This document shows, one piece after another, positions 25,880 through 37,708 of a DNA stretch of 64,000 nucleotides. The position numbers were made by a program, and so were the translations under genes. Source of the DNA: the human T2T-CHM13v2.0 reference genome, Homo sapiens. The stretch lies in NCBI RefSeq assembly GCF_009914755.1, contig NC_060944.1; one strand, given 5' to 3'. A model generated the notes under the pieces. It was given only the letters and a program-made list of their open reading frames with translations. It was not told the origin of the DNA and ran no database searches. The stretch's first letter is position 1, and every line of letters starts with the position of its first letter.

Positions 25880-26285
25880 TTGTGTAGTTGACAGCCAACA
25901 GCTTTTAAGCCTCACCCTTCTCTCTTACCTTTCTGCCCCACATCTGAGCGAGCTGGAAAAGCCCAGATACTCCCTCTTTTGGAGCCAAGAGGAGATACAA
26001 ACCACACAAGGCCCTGCCTGCTTGTGGAAACCTCGTTTCAATTCCATTCCCTAAATACCATTAAAAACTCCACCTGCGTCTTCTTCTCTTGGTTTTTCAG
26101 GCTATTTTTGGACCTACTTGGGAAGCCCACCCTGTAATGATCATAGAGCCCCATAAGTAATAAACATTTTATTTCCCTCTTGGTATATGTTTGCTGTGTC
26201 ATTAATCCCGGTGTCTGAGCCAAATTTTGGTTCAGATTTGGTAGGGGTCTATTCTATTTTTGTAGGATGATTGCAATAGAAAGTC
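25880..26285 (+). mobile_element. Old ERV LTR (family not determined)
   Basis: TG start, GC-richer U3-like block, TATA-like CCATTAAAAA, AATAAA at ~26159. Confidence 0.5.
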
Positions 26286-27559
26286 ATGTACACTTATTAC
26301 AGAGATTTTTATTGCTATTGAAGTTGGGCTGTGACAAAATAAAATAATTGTAAACTACACAAGAAAATTGCCCTGTGAAAACCATAGTATGTGTTGGGAA
26401 CCTGCACTAAGCAGACATAACCCCTTTATTCAGAATAGGTTAATAATTTTGGGTAGATAACAAAGATCTTTGGCCAACTTGAAGATAATTATTTACTTCA
26501 AAGTTACTTATAAGTCATTAACATTGTGTATTTACTTACAGAATTATTTTTTTCTATAAAAATTGCAAGCTACATCACAAGGTATATATTTATGTATCTG
26601 ACAATTATGAAACACTTGCACCTGATTTGCCCTTTCCTAATATACACCTTGCTGAAAAATCTTGAGTGAAAGTGCTTGGGAGACTCACAGCTGCTGCAAA
26701 GTATTAATGCATTAATCTTCATCCAGGTCTTGTGTTTATACCTGGAATACAATTCTCTCCTTGCTTAAACCACTGTCTAGTGTTCTATCAAATTACATGA
26801 AAATACCAGGTCTAAAGGAATCACAGATTGTTAGATGTAGAAGTCTAATCTCTTCTTTTTTAGAGATGAAGACAGTAAATTCTAAATATACATTGCCCGT
26901 CTCATTACACACAGTTTATTAGTGGTATAGCTAACTCGGGATTGGTATCCAGACTTCTCCAGGGTTAATTGCCTCCTTTACAACCACCCTTCTACTTCTT
27001 CATTCCCAACATTTTAGACACCAACTCTTTATGCCACCAAGTCTGTGGACAAGAAGAAGTGAGCTATCTTATGTTGTTCTCACATATTTCAACACAATAT
27101 TCACAGACACTGAAATCTCAGGAAGTACATCTCTTAAGAGCTGGGATTATGTCAATTTTCTTTGACTGAAAATGTAAGAAGTCATTTTCCACATGTATAT
27201 CTGTGGTTATAAAAGCTGGTTGTGACCATAAAACAGAGTAAAGTCTAAAAAAGTACAAAGCTAACTTCCTCATCTAGGATTAAGTCAAGTTCAGGTGAAT
27301 CTCTTCATGTCAGATCATTTAAATCAGAGCTTTCTAAGAGACGGACACGTGTGCAAAACTCCACTGAAGTCTTATACATACAATTTTTTGATCTGTTACT
27401 TTCATTTTGATGGTAGCACATTATTCATGCTTTTTCTCTTAAATATCAAAATATCCACATCTACACTGAAAAATGAAAGTGTTTTTGATTAATTACCACT
27501 GATATTAATGTCTGTAAACAGCTAATCTTATTTACTTAGGTAAATAAACAGTGACAATA

Positions 27560-27790
27560 GGTAAGAATAATAGAAATAATAGGTAACATAAAGTGCTTAG
27601 CATGTTGTTAAGCCGTTCTCATCTGTTATTCCATTTACTCCTCCTAATAATTCTACTGTCTGTAATGAAGAATCCATTATTTACCCAGTGTTATGATGAA
27701 ATGACTGACTCTCTGAGAAATTACGCACCGCTTATTGTAGAGCCTGGCTGCAGAACCAGGGAGGCTGACTTCTAGACATCAGGTTCTAAT
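27560..27790 (-). mobile_element. MIR (diverged)
   Basis: AATAATAGGTAACAT...AGTGCTT...CATTTACTCCTC...GTAGAGCCTGGCTGCAGAACCAGGGAGGCTGACTTC. Confidence 0.55.
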
Positions 27791-28746
27791 ATGTATAGAT
27801 TTTTTTCTCCCCTGGATTAATACCCTGCCAGTCTTGTTTTAACTCCAAGATCTTGCATAGCACCTAGCATATAACAGAGGCTTAGTAAATATCTGTTACG
27901 TGAAAAGGTAAATGGACAACCGTGGTTAGTTCCCTTCCTGAGCTAAACAAATGAATGAAAAACATCTCACGTTGTAGGCAGATGTAACTCAGCTGAGTGC
28001 AAGAGCACTGTTCTCATCCATGTGTCTGAGAAAGGCAGCCAAGTGTCTTTGATGTCGGAGTTTCTACAACTCTCCAGTGTAATCTATTTCACCTTGAAAC
28101 TAGTAAGATCTACGCAAGGAAGCATTTTGGGCATAACTTGGCTGTAAAGAAGCTCGTATAGCTCCAAGGCACCGCATTAAAAACAACCTCCATTTGATTG
28201 CTTTAGTAAGAATTCCCTCAATTTAACTACCTCCTGCCACATCTACACCACAGGATATTAAAAAGGCACTATCCATGGTTGTGCCCCACTATTGATGCTG
28301 TTTAAACATAAGAAGGCAATTAACTTATTGTGCTCCTGTGAAAGGATCAGGCTTCTGGGAGTTTAAACAAATTAATAAATTTGTTGAATAGGAAAAAGAA
28401 TTCACCAGCTTCCTCTGTATATTTTTATTCAGCACAATACACACACGTAGAGCTGTGCTGTTATTTGTGTCTAGCAGCTCATGGGAAGAAGGATGGTTGG
28501 CAGCTGTTCTGTATCACCCATGGGGACAAGAGGGACTATGCTTTTGCTGCAGCATGAGGTCATCAGGTTCATTACAGTGAAAATTTAGTTTTCAATGAGG
28601 CTTTTTAGATTTCGGAATGGATTGGTGAAGGACATAGTAGATATTGCCAGATAAGGAAAATGCCCCCTTTTTACCGAAGTATCAGGCAAAAAGAGGTATT
28701 CCTTTTCCAGTATAATAAACTTCAGCTTTTTTCACTCTTTATACAT

Positions 28747-28930
28747 CAGTAATTCTCAAGTGATGCATAAAGACAAAATGGAATTATGTAGGGAGCTTTT
28801 AAAAATCCCAAGACCTTGGCCATATCAAAACCAATTACGGCAGAAATTGTAGGGGTGGGACCCGGTCACCAGTATTTTTTAAAGCTCTCCTGATGATTCT
28901 AAACTAAACTGTAAACTGAAGGAAACTGCT
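28747..28930 (-). mobile_element. MER5A hAT MITE
   Basis: CAGTAATTCTCAA...GGGAGCTTTTAAAAAT...GGGGTGGGACCCGG...TTTTTTAAAGCTCTCCTGATGATTCTAA...AAACTG; strand assignment is uncertain for this palindromic MITE. Confidence 0.8.
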
Positions 28931-29507
28931 TATGGGGAAGCTACCCCAAACCAACTTTGGTGACTGAAGGCAGTAATAAAGAAATTTTCCACTGAGCCTT
29001 AAGCGTTAGCTTGGGGACTCTGCTCCTTCCTGACTTAGGGGCTGCATGAGCTTCCAAGCTTGCAGAAGAAAATAATGGCAACCACTTCTTTAAAAAGAGC
29101 TGATCATGATCAGCATAAAAACATATTGATGGAAAACTTTTTGTGGTCTGTGATCCTAGTAGGTAATCTGGGCTCAGACTAATGGATTTATTGGGTCAAC
29201 ACTGTCCCTAAAACCCAATAACTTGGGGTTCAGAAATCACAATGTTGAGCTCCACTATGCTAACCAATCTTGAACCCAAGCATTAAATAACTAGTCATCC
29301 TTTTCTTTGGATTTGTGTGACTTTATTCTTTCTCAATCCCACACTTGCCTTGGGGCTAGGAGGTGCTGTCCACAGGTGCTGTTCTTCCTCTTGTAAAATT
29401 ATACATGAATAAAATTTCAATACTTTAGACTAATTGTCTCTGTGTTATTTTTAACGTTCTCATTCCCCACCCCTCTTTTTAAACTTTTTATTTTGAGAGA
29501 ATTGTAG

Positions 29508-29930
29508 TTTTTCATTGTGGCAAATGTCCATAACATGAAATTTACCATTTTAACCATTTTAAGTGTACAATTCCGTGCCATAAGTACATTCACATAGTTG
29601 TGCAATCGTAATTGCTCTTCCTTTCTAGAATTTTTACAATTCCAAGCTAAAGCTCTATATCCCTTATGTAATAACTGTCCATTATTTCTTTTTCCCAGTC
29701 CCTGGTAACCTCTGTTATATTTTTCATTTCTATTAATTTGACTATTCTAGGTACTAAATATAAGAAGAATGAAATGATATTTGCATTTTTGTGTGTCTGG
29801 CTTATTTTACTTAGCATGTTTTCAAGGTTCATCTGTGTTGCATGCATCAGAATTTCATTCTTTTTTAAGGCTGAATAATACTCCATCATATACATATGTG
29901 TCTGTGTTTGTGTGTGTGTGTGTATGTGTA
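29508..29930 (-). mobile_element. L1MB-like 3' end nested in L1MC
   Basis: TAACATGAAATTTACCATTTTAACCATTTTAAGTGTACAATTC; TSD AGA(G/T)AATTGTAG at 29496-29507 and 29931-29942. Confidence 0.85.
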
Positions 29931-31228
29931 AGATAATTGTAGATTTACATGCAGTTTTAAGGAATAATACAGAGAGTTCCTGTATAATATTCATCTAATT
30001 TCCTGCAAAGACAACATCTTGCATTATTCTGGTATAATATTATAACCATGCATATATTATTGATACAACTTACTGACTTTATTTTGATTTTACCAGTTTA
30101 GATGGGCTCATTTCTGTGTGTGTGCATATGTGTGTATGTGCACACATATGTATATGTATTTCAGTGCAGTTTTGTCATGCGTAAATCTGTGTATCAGCAC
30201 TGCAGTTCCAACATAAGGATTCCACATGCTACAATTTTATAACCTCAGCCACTTTCCTACCATCCCTTCTCAATAACCCCTGACAACAATTAACATCTTC
30301 TCCATCTCTAAAATTTGGTTATTTCAAGATTGCTATATCAGCGGAATTACACAATATGTAACAATTTGAAATTAGCTTTTATCACTCAACCTAATTCACT
30401 AGTGATCCATCTAAATTGTTGCATGTATTGTTTGTTCCTTTGTAATTTTCAAGTAGTAATCCATGGCATGAATATATCACAATTGGTTTAACTGTTCATC
30501 TGTTTCAGGGCATCGAGATTGTTTTCAATTTGAGGCTATTAAGAATAAAGCTACTATGAACATTTGTGCATAGGTATTTATATAAATGTAAGTTTTCATT
30601 TATCTGGGATAAAAGCCTAAGAGTACAGTTGCTGGGTTTTACAGTAAATGCATGTTTAATTTTGCTAGAATATGCCATACTCTTTTCAAGACTAGCTGTA
30701 TCATTTTGCATTTCGACCAGCAATATATATGTGATCCAGTTTCTCAACATTCTTGCCAACATTTAGTTCTATGATTGCTTTTTAAATTTTATTTATTATA
30801 ATAGGTATACAGTGATATTGCATTGTGGTATTAATTTACATTTCCCTAATGACTAAAGTGCCTAATGATGTTGGACACTTTTTGTGCACTCATTTGCCAT
30901 TCATGTATTCTCTTTGATGAATGTTTATTTTTGATGTCTTTTGCCCATTTGCTTATTAGATTTTTTGTTTTTGTGTTTATTTTTAATCTTTGAGCATTGA
31001 GTTCTATTTCTATTCTAGATACATTTTTTTTTATTGTATATGTGGTTTGCAAACATTTTCTCCCAGTCTGAAGTTTGTATTTTTATTGTCTTAATGGAGA
31101 TTTTTAAAAAGGGAAGTTTTAAATTTGATGAAGTTCAGTTAGTATTTCTTTTTATGGGTTGTATTTTTTGATACAGGTCTAAGAACTCTTTGCTCAGTCT
31201 TAGGTCCTAAAAACTTTCTGTTTTTAAA

Positions 31229-31358
31229 GACCCAGGTGATGAGTACACAAAAGCCCAGACTTCACCATTACACAATACATGCATGTAAGAAATCACACAC
31301 TTTTACTCCCTAAATCTATAAAAATAAAATAAAATAATTTTTAAAAATTAAAAAAAAA
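31229..31358 (+). mobile_element. Short L1PB3/4-L1MA1-like 3' end nested in L1MC
   Basis: GGTGATGAGTACACAAAAGCCCAGACTTCACCATTACACAATA...CCCTAAATCTATAAAAATAAA plus A tail. Confidence 0.8.
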
Positions 31359-33652
31359 TTCTGGTTTTTTTTTTCCTCATAGTTTCACCCATTACAATTA
31401 AATCTATGGTCCATTTTGAGTTGATTCTGTATAATTGATAAGATTTAGGTTGAGGCTTCTTCTTCTTGTTTTTTTTCCCCTTGGCCTGTGGTTTCCAATT
31501 CTTCCAGCATCATTTATTGAAGATCCATCCTTGGGATTTCTGGCTTCTTCTTTGACCTGTAAAGGGCTTGGAAGTTGTCCCTTCATGCTAGCAGCAAGAA
31601 AAAAAGCTGAACAAATGGAAAGACAACCACTTTTCTAGGTCTATCAGAAAATGGCTGCAAAACCTGAAGAGAGAGAGGTGGCTACAGAGAACCACAGCTT
31701 TCTAGAAACTGAATTTCAAGAGCAGAAATATGCTGCTGGAGCCAGCACCAACAGGAACACTTAAACTTTAATTGTTGAATTACTAGAGGCTCCGTGTGGT
31801 CTAAGTTGAGAGCTCACAATTCCTGGGGAATGCCCAGTCTTAAGGGGGCTTCCCACACTTTTTTGAGTTTTACCTGAAAGAGACCCAGCAAGTCCTTACC
31901 ATGAGGATCTGAGAAAATCTCCTCTTAATTCCATCAGGGGAAGGGGAAAAATAATAATTTGAAATGTGCTCGGGGGAAAGTAATGATTTTGACATAGAGC
32001 CACAGTATTTTGTCCTTTCTTTGTTCTCTGTAATGAAGACCAATCCTCAGGGGGCACTACTTTACTAAAGTCTTATCTCATCTGGGGAAGGGCAATTTCC
32101 TCTAGCTTTCCTGTCTCACATAAGGGGGGAAAAAGGCTAAGATGAAAGTCACAGCCCAGTCCATGACAAAAAGTGGAGGTTTAATCATAAGATTATAGAC
32201 CCCTGGCTCTCCCAATATCTTACCAACAAATTGGGGCTCCAGGATAATAAGAGTGGACTGAAATTGCAAGAGTTGCAAGACACAGACTCTATTTAAGAGG
32301 TAGTTTCTAGGGAAATCCAAAGATAGCAGGAGAGACAAAAACAAGGACTGTAGAAGAAATGTGAGTTTCTGAAACTTCAGCTATAGCAAATATTAAACAC
32401 AGTTTAACGCCTAGCCAGTAAAACATAAAAACCACACCAAAATCCTGTTTACCTCAGTTCCTTTTCCCAAAGTATCATGTCTGAATTTTAATGAGAAAAT
32501 TACAAGTCATGCTAAGTAACAAGAAAGACATCACAATCTCATGAGACAAAGCAAGCATCAAAACCACACTCAGATATCAGACAAGATCTAAACATAACTG
32601 ACGGCTATGCTAAGGGATATGAAGGAAAAAGTGGACAACATGCAATAACAACTAGGTAATGTAGGTTGAAACTCTAAGGAAGAATCAAAAATAAATGCTA
32701 CAAATTAAAACATGTTAACGGAAATAAAGAATATTTTTGATGGTCTCACTTGTAGACTAGACACAGCCAAGAAAAGAACCAGTGAGCTTGAAGCTATGTG
32801 AATAGAAACCACACAAACGAAAATACAAAAAGAAAAAGAATGAAATAAAACAGAACAGGCTATCAAAGAATTGTGGAACAATCAAATAATTATGATGGAT
32901 AGGGGAATATCAAAAGAGAAAAAAATAAAAAGAAGAAATATTTAAAATAATATTGGATAAGAATTTTCAAAAATTAATTACACACCACCAATTTTCCAAA
33001 ATTAATTATACACCAGGAAGTGCAGAGAAAATCGAATATGGTAAACACCAAAATATCTACACCAGGGCATATCATATTTAAATTGCAGAAAACCAAAGAC
33101 AAGTAGAAAATATTCAAAGAATTAACCACGGGAAAAAATCTTACCTATATAAAAGGAATAACAAGAATTACATTGGACTTATCTTCACAATCAGTGCAAA
33201 GAAGAAGAGAGTGGAATAAAATGTATTGAAAGGAAAAAGTGAAATAAAAGTATTGAATTGAAAAAAGAAAATAAAACACTAATATAGAATTCAGTCCTCA
33301 AAGAAATCATTCTTCAAAAGTTAAGGTGAAATAAAGATTTTTCTCAAACAAAAAAGAACTATGAGAATTCATTGCCAATAGACCTGCCTTGCAAGAAATG
33401 TTAAGAGATATTCACTGGAGAAAAGAAAAAAGATAAAATTCAACTCAGATAGATACCCATAAAGAAAACTATTAAAGAAGGAAAAATGGAAGATAAAATC
33501 TTTTAGTTTTTTATTCTTAATTTAATGGATAACTTTGTTAAGTATAGTAATAGCAACAATGTATTTGAAAATTTGTAGCAGAAATGCTATGAAAATAGTA
33601 GGAATAATTGAGAATTCCTTGTTATAAGATGCCTGCATTAACCATGAATTGG

Positions 33653-33925
33653 TGTTGAAAGATAAAATGAGTCACAATAAAAAGTTAAAGCATTTATTTA
33701 AGCAAATAGAAATTCATGAATTTGGCAGCACAAGCCGAAAATGGTTTGGGGCTGTATCAAAGTAGCATGAGGGAAGGCTTTTATAGAGTGAAAATGGAAG
33801 CAAAACAAAGAAAATGTTTGGTTAGGTACAGTTATACAGGTGCCTTATCTGTTTGATCCCATTGAAAAGTCTCTAGTTATATAAGTTGGCTGGCATCTTC
33901 CAATTGGTTAAACTTACATTGACAT
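33653..33925 (-). mobile_element. ERV1 (MER4-group-like) LTR fragment inserted in L1MC
   Basis: TGTTGAAAGA...TTTATTTAAGCAAA...TTCATGAATTTGGCAGC...CTTTTATAG antisense LTR pattern. Confidence 0.5.
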
Positions 33926-34055
33926 TGTGATGTGATGTGATGTTGTGATGTGATGTGATGTTGTGATGTGATGTTGTGATGTGATGTGATGTTGTGATGT
34001 GATGTGACGTGACGTGACGTGATGCGACGCGACGTGACATGATGTGATGTGATGT
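33926..34055. repeat. Complex (GATGT)n/(GACGT)n pentanucleotide repeat at an Alu tail
   Basis: Read directly; abuts TTTTGAGACAG of a minus-strand Alu. Confidence 0.95.
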
Positions 34056-34345
34056 TATTTTGAGACAGAGACTCACTTTGTTACTCTGGCTGGAGTGCAG
34101 TGGCACCATCATGGCTGATGGCAGCCTTGTCCTCCTGGAGCTCAGGTGATCCTCCCACCTCAGCCTCCCCAGTATCTGGAACTATAGGGATATGTCACCA
34201 CTCCTGGCTAATTTTTTTACTATTTTGTAGAGACATGGTTTTGCCATGTAGCCAAGGCTGGTCTTGAACTTCTGGGCTTGAGTGATCTGCTCACTTTGGC
34301 CTACCAAAGTGCTATGGTTACAGGTGTGAGCCACTGGACTCAGCG
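34056..34345 (-). mobile_element. AluJ
   Basis: Dimeric, diverged Alu with J diagnostics. Confidence 0.9.
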
Positions 34346-36370
34346 AATTTTATTTTAAGAGTGATATTGTGTTATTTTCAAATAGATATATTAATTTTAA
34401 GTGTATATTGATAACTCTAGAATAACCACTAATTTTTAAAAATATATAATTGATTTGCTAAGTGAAGTGAAAGAATGGACTCATAAGTAATGCTCAAGTA
34501 AAACCAGAGAAGGCAGAAAGGAAAATTTTAAAAATAATAAATAGCAAGAGCAATGAAGAGAAAAGTTACAAATATGATATTAATAAAACTAGATCATTAA
34601 TCACTGGAAATAAAAATGGTCTAAATACACTAAATAAAAAAGACAGAAAAAAGGAATAGAAATAGAAGTCCCAAATTTTCATTGTCTAAAACATTAAACA
34701 TAAAGACACAGATAGATAAAAAGTAAATGAATGGAGAAAGATCAACCATATTAACACTAATCAAAGGGAAGACAGAGTAGCTATGTTAATTTCAGACAAA
34801 ACGGACTTTGCAGAAAGGGGAAATTATCCTCGGGGATAATGAGAGGTATTCCATAATAATAAAAGGATCAATTCCCCAACAAGATAAAACAATTTTTATT
34901 GTGTATGTGTCTAAGAGCAGAATGTAAATATATGGAAGAAGAACACTAATAGAAATTCAAGGAGATGTAGACAAATTCACTATGATAGTCAGAGAGTTCA
35001 ACATACCTGTTTCTATGATTGTGCAGGTAGAAATTCAGTAAGAATACAGTTGAACTGAAATGCAGCAGCAATTAATTCTGTCATTTACAGAATATTTTAT
35101 CTAATCAGAGCAGAATACACATTCTTCTTAAGCTCGCATGGAACATTTGCCAAAATAGACCTCATTCTGGACCATACTTTAGCAAAATATATAAAACTGA
35201 GATTCATAGTATGAATGCTCCCAGAATACAATAAAGTTACAGTAGAAATTAATGGCAGAAAGACAGCTGAAAATCCCAAAATATTTGGAGATCAAACAAC
35301 ATAATTTTAAATAAAATATGGATCAAAGAAAAAGTCTCCAGAGAAATTTTAAAATAACTTGAACTAAATGAAAATGAAATTTACCAAAATTTGTGGGATG
35401 CAGCAAAAGCAGTTCTGAGGGAGAACCTTACAACATAGAATACATACATTAGAAAAAAACAAATATTTAAAATCAATCACCTCAACTTTCATTTTCAGAA
35501 ATTAGAAACAGAAGAGCAATATAAACCTAAAACAAGCAGAAGAAAGACATAATAAAAGGGCAGAAATTAATGAAATAAAAAAGTGGAAAACAATAGAGAA
35601 AAAAAGTCTATTTTTTAAAAGCATCAATGCAATTGATAAAACTTTAGCCAGGTTAAACAAGAAAAAAGAGAGGCGACACAAGTTATGAATATCAGAAATA
35701 AAAGAATTTCATCATTACTAACTACATGCATATTACATTACTACCTACATGCATATTATAAATGAATATTCTGAACACTTTATATCCACAAATTTGATAA
35801 TTTAAATGAATGAATTAACCCCTTGAAAGACATCATCTACCAAAACTCACACAAGAAATAGATACTTGAAGCCCATATGTATTTAAAACATTGAATCAAT
35901 AATTAATAACCTTCCAAACGACAAGGCCGAAATGGTTCACTGATGAATTCTACCAAACAGTAAAGGAATAAATTATACAAATTCTCTACAATCTCTTCCA
36001 AAAACTAGAAGCAGAGGGAATACTTACTGGCTTACTCTGTGAGGCCAGCATTACCTAAATATCAAAACTACAAAAAGGCAGTACAAAAAAATAAAACTAC
36101 AGACCAATATAACTTATGAACATACGTGCAGAAACTCTCAACAAAATATTGTCAAATTTAATTTAGCAATGAAAGAAAAGAATTTTACACTATGACCAAA
36201 TTGGATTCATCTCTAGTATACAAGGATCATCCAACATTAGAAAATCAATTAATATAATCCATCACATCAACAGGCTAAATGAGAAAAATTGAATAACAAC
36301 ATCAATAGGTGAAGAAAAGCATTTGGCGAAATGTAACACCCTTTCATAATAAATCTCTCAGCAATAGAAG

Positions 36371-36512
36371 GTATGGTGGTTAATTTCATGTGTCAACATG
36401 GCTGGGCTATGGAACTCAAATATGTAGTTAAATATTATCTTGGATGTTCTATGAGGGTATTTTGGATGAGAGTAACATCTAAATGAGTGGACTTTAAATA
36501 CAGCATATTGCT
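36371..36512 (+). mobile_element. MLT2 (ERVL LTR, MLT2B4/C/D-like) 5' fragment
   Basis: GTATGGTGGTTAATTTCATGTGTCAACATGGCTGGGCTA...TTTTGGATGAGAGTAACAT...GGACTTT. Confidence 0.85.
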
Positions 36513-36514
36513 GT

Positions 36515-37152
36515 ACTTTATATATACGTATATTATATATGTATTATATTATATGTGTATTATATAACATGTGTATATAATATGTGTATTATATAATATA
36601 TTATATAATACTAATATTATATAGAATATAATATATTATATAATATATAATTATATATAACATATAATATATATTCTATTCTATGTATATATAATATGTA
36701 ATATATTATATAATATATGTATATGTAATATATAATATGTAATATATTATATATATGTATATATAATATATAATATGTAATATATTATATATACATATAT
36801 GTATATATAATATATAATATGTAATATATTTTATATATAATATATGTATATATAATATATAATATGTAATATATTATATATAATATATGTATATATAATA
36901 TAAAATATGTAATATATTATATATAATATAGTATATATAATATGTAATATATTATATATAATATATTATATATAATACGTAATATATTATATATAATATA
37001 TTATATATAATATGTGCTATATTATATATATGTATATATAATATATAATATGTGCTATATTATATATAATATATTTATATAATATATAATATGTAATATA
37101 TTACATATAATATATTTATATATAAAATGTATATTATATATTTTATATATAT
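36515..37152. repeat. AT-rich minisatellite/(TA)n complex (~35-45 bp units with a GTAATATATTATATATA core)
   Basis: ~640 bp almost entirely A/T with recurring TATGTAATATATTATATATA. Confidence 0.95.
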
Positions 37153-37184
37153 GCCCTTATTCTACTCTATAGAATATATATATA

Positions 37185-37478
37185 GGGAGTGTAGAAGCTG
37201 TTTCTATAGGGACAGAAGACCCATCAAATTTAGGAGCTCAATGTCCCCAGCTTCATTGATGTCTTCTTACACATCCCATTCCAATCTTTAGGATCCCATT
37301 CTGTCCCAATCACTTCCCTCACTTGCACAGTAGACATCCTAAGAAGCAGGCACTGCAATTTGCGTGGTCATTCAGCCACTAGCAGGCTGAAATTTTGGGT
37401 TTAGTCTTCAGCAATCTTAATCCTGCAGCTACAGGAGAAAGCGGTTTCTTCAAGGGCAGATATAGAAGTTTTCAATGT
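37185..37478 (-). mobile_element. ERVL internal (gag region, ERVL-B4/E-like) fragment
   Basis: Minus strand GGATGTCTACTGTGCAAGTGAGGGAAGTGATTGGGACAGAATGGGATCCT...GAAGCTGGGGACATTGAGCTCCTAAATT matches ERVL gag DNA. Confidence 0.8.
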
Positions 37479-37534
37479 GTATATATATATATAAATATAT
37501 ATATATATACACACACACACTCACCTAATTTACT

Positions 37535-37708
37535 AAAATTATTTAGTAAATGAGTATTTTATTCTATAGGGTAGAATGAAAACATACATATATATTTTTA
37601 TATATGTATACAAATTATAAAATTACTATTTATTGTATAAATACATACATATATATATGTTTATTCTACCTATAGAATAAAATAGACACTTATTTACTAA
37701 ATAATTTT
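37535..37708. repeat. Imperfect ~175-bp inverted repeat/palindrome
   Basis: AAAATTATTTAGTAAATGAGTATTTTATTCTATAGGGTAGAAT... pairs with ...ATTCTACCTATAGAATAAAATAGACACTTATTTACTAAATAATTTT. Confidence 0.9.

Larger units (their letters stand above)
29476..31532 (-). mobile_element. L1MC1/2-like 3' portion (3'UTR and ORF2 end), with two nested L1 insertions
   Basis: AAACTTTTTATTTTGAGA.AATTGTAGATTTACATGCAGTT...AATAATACAGAGAG L1MC 3' end; continues to CTTCCAGCATCATTTATTGAAGA. Confidence 0.85.
31533..36368 (+). mobile_element. L1MC (L1MCa-type 5' end, ORF1, ORF2 to the RT region), degenerate
   Basis: Starts GGGATTTCTGGCTTC...TGTAAAGGGCTTGGAAGT...AAGAAAAAAAGCTGAACAAA; ORF1-type and ORF2 EN/RT-type DNA (TTTGTGGGATGCAGCAAAAGCAGT, GAGGCCAGCATTACC, CTACAGACCAATAT). 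Confidence 0.85.
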
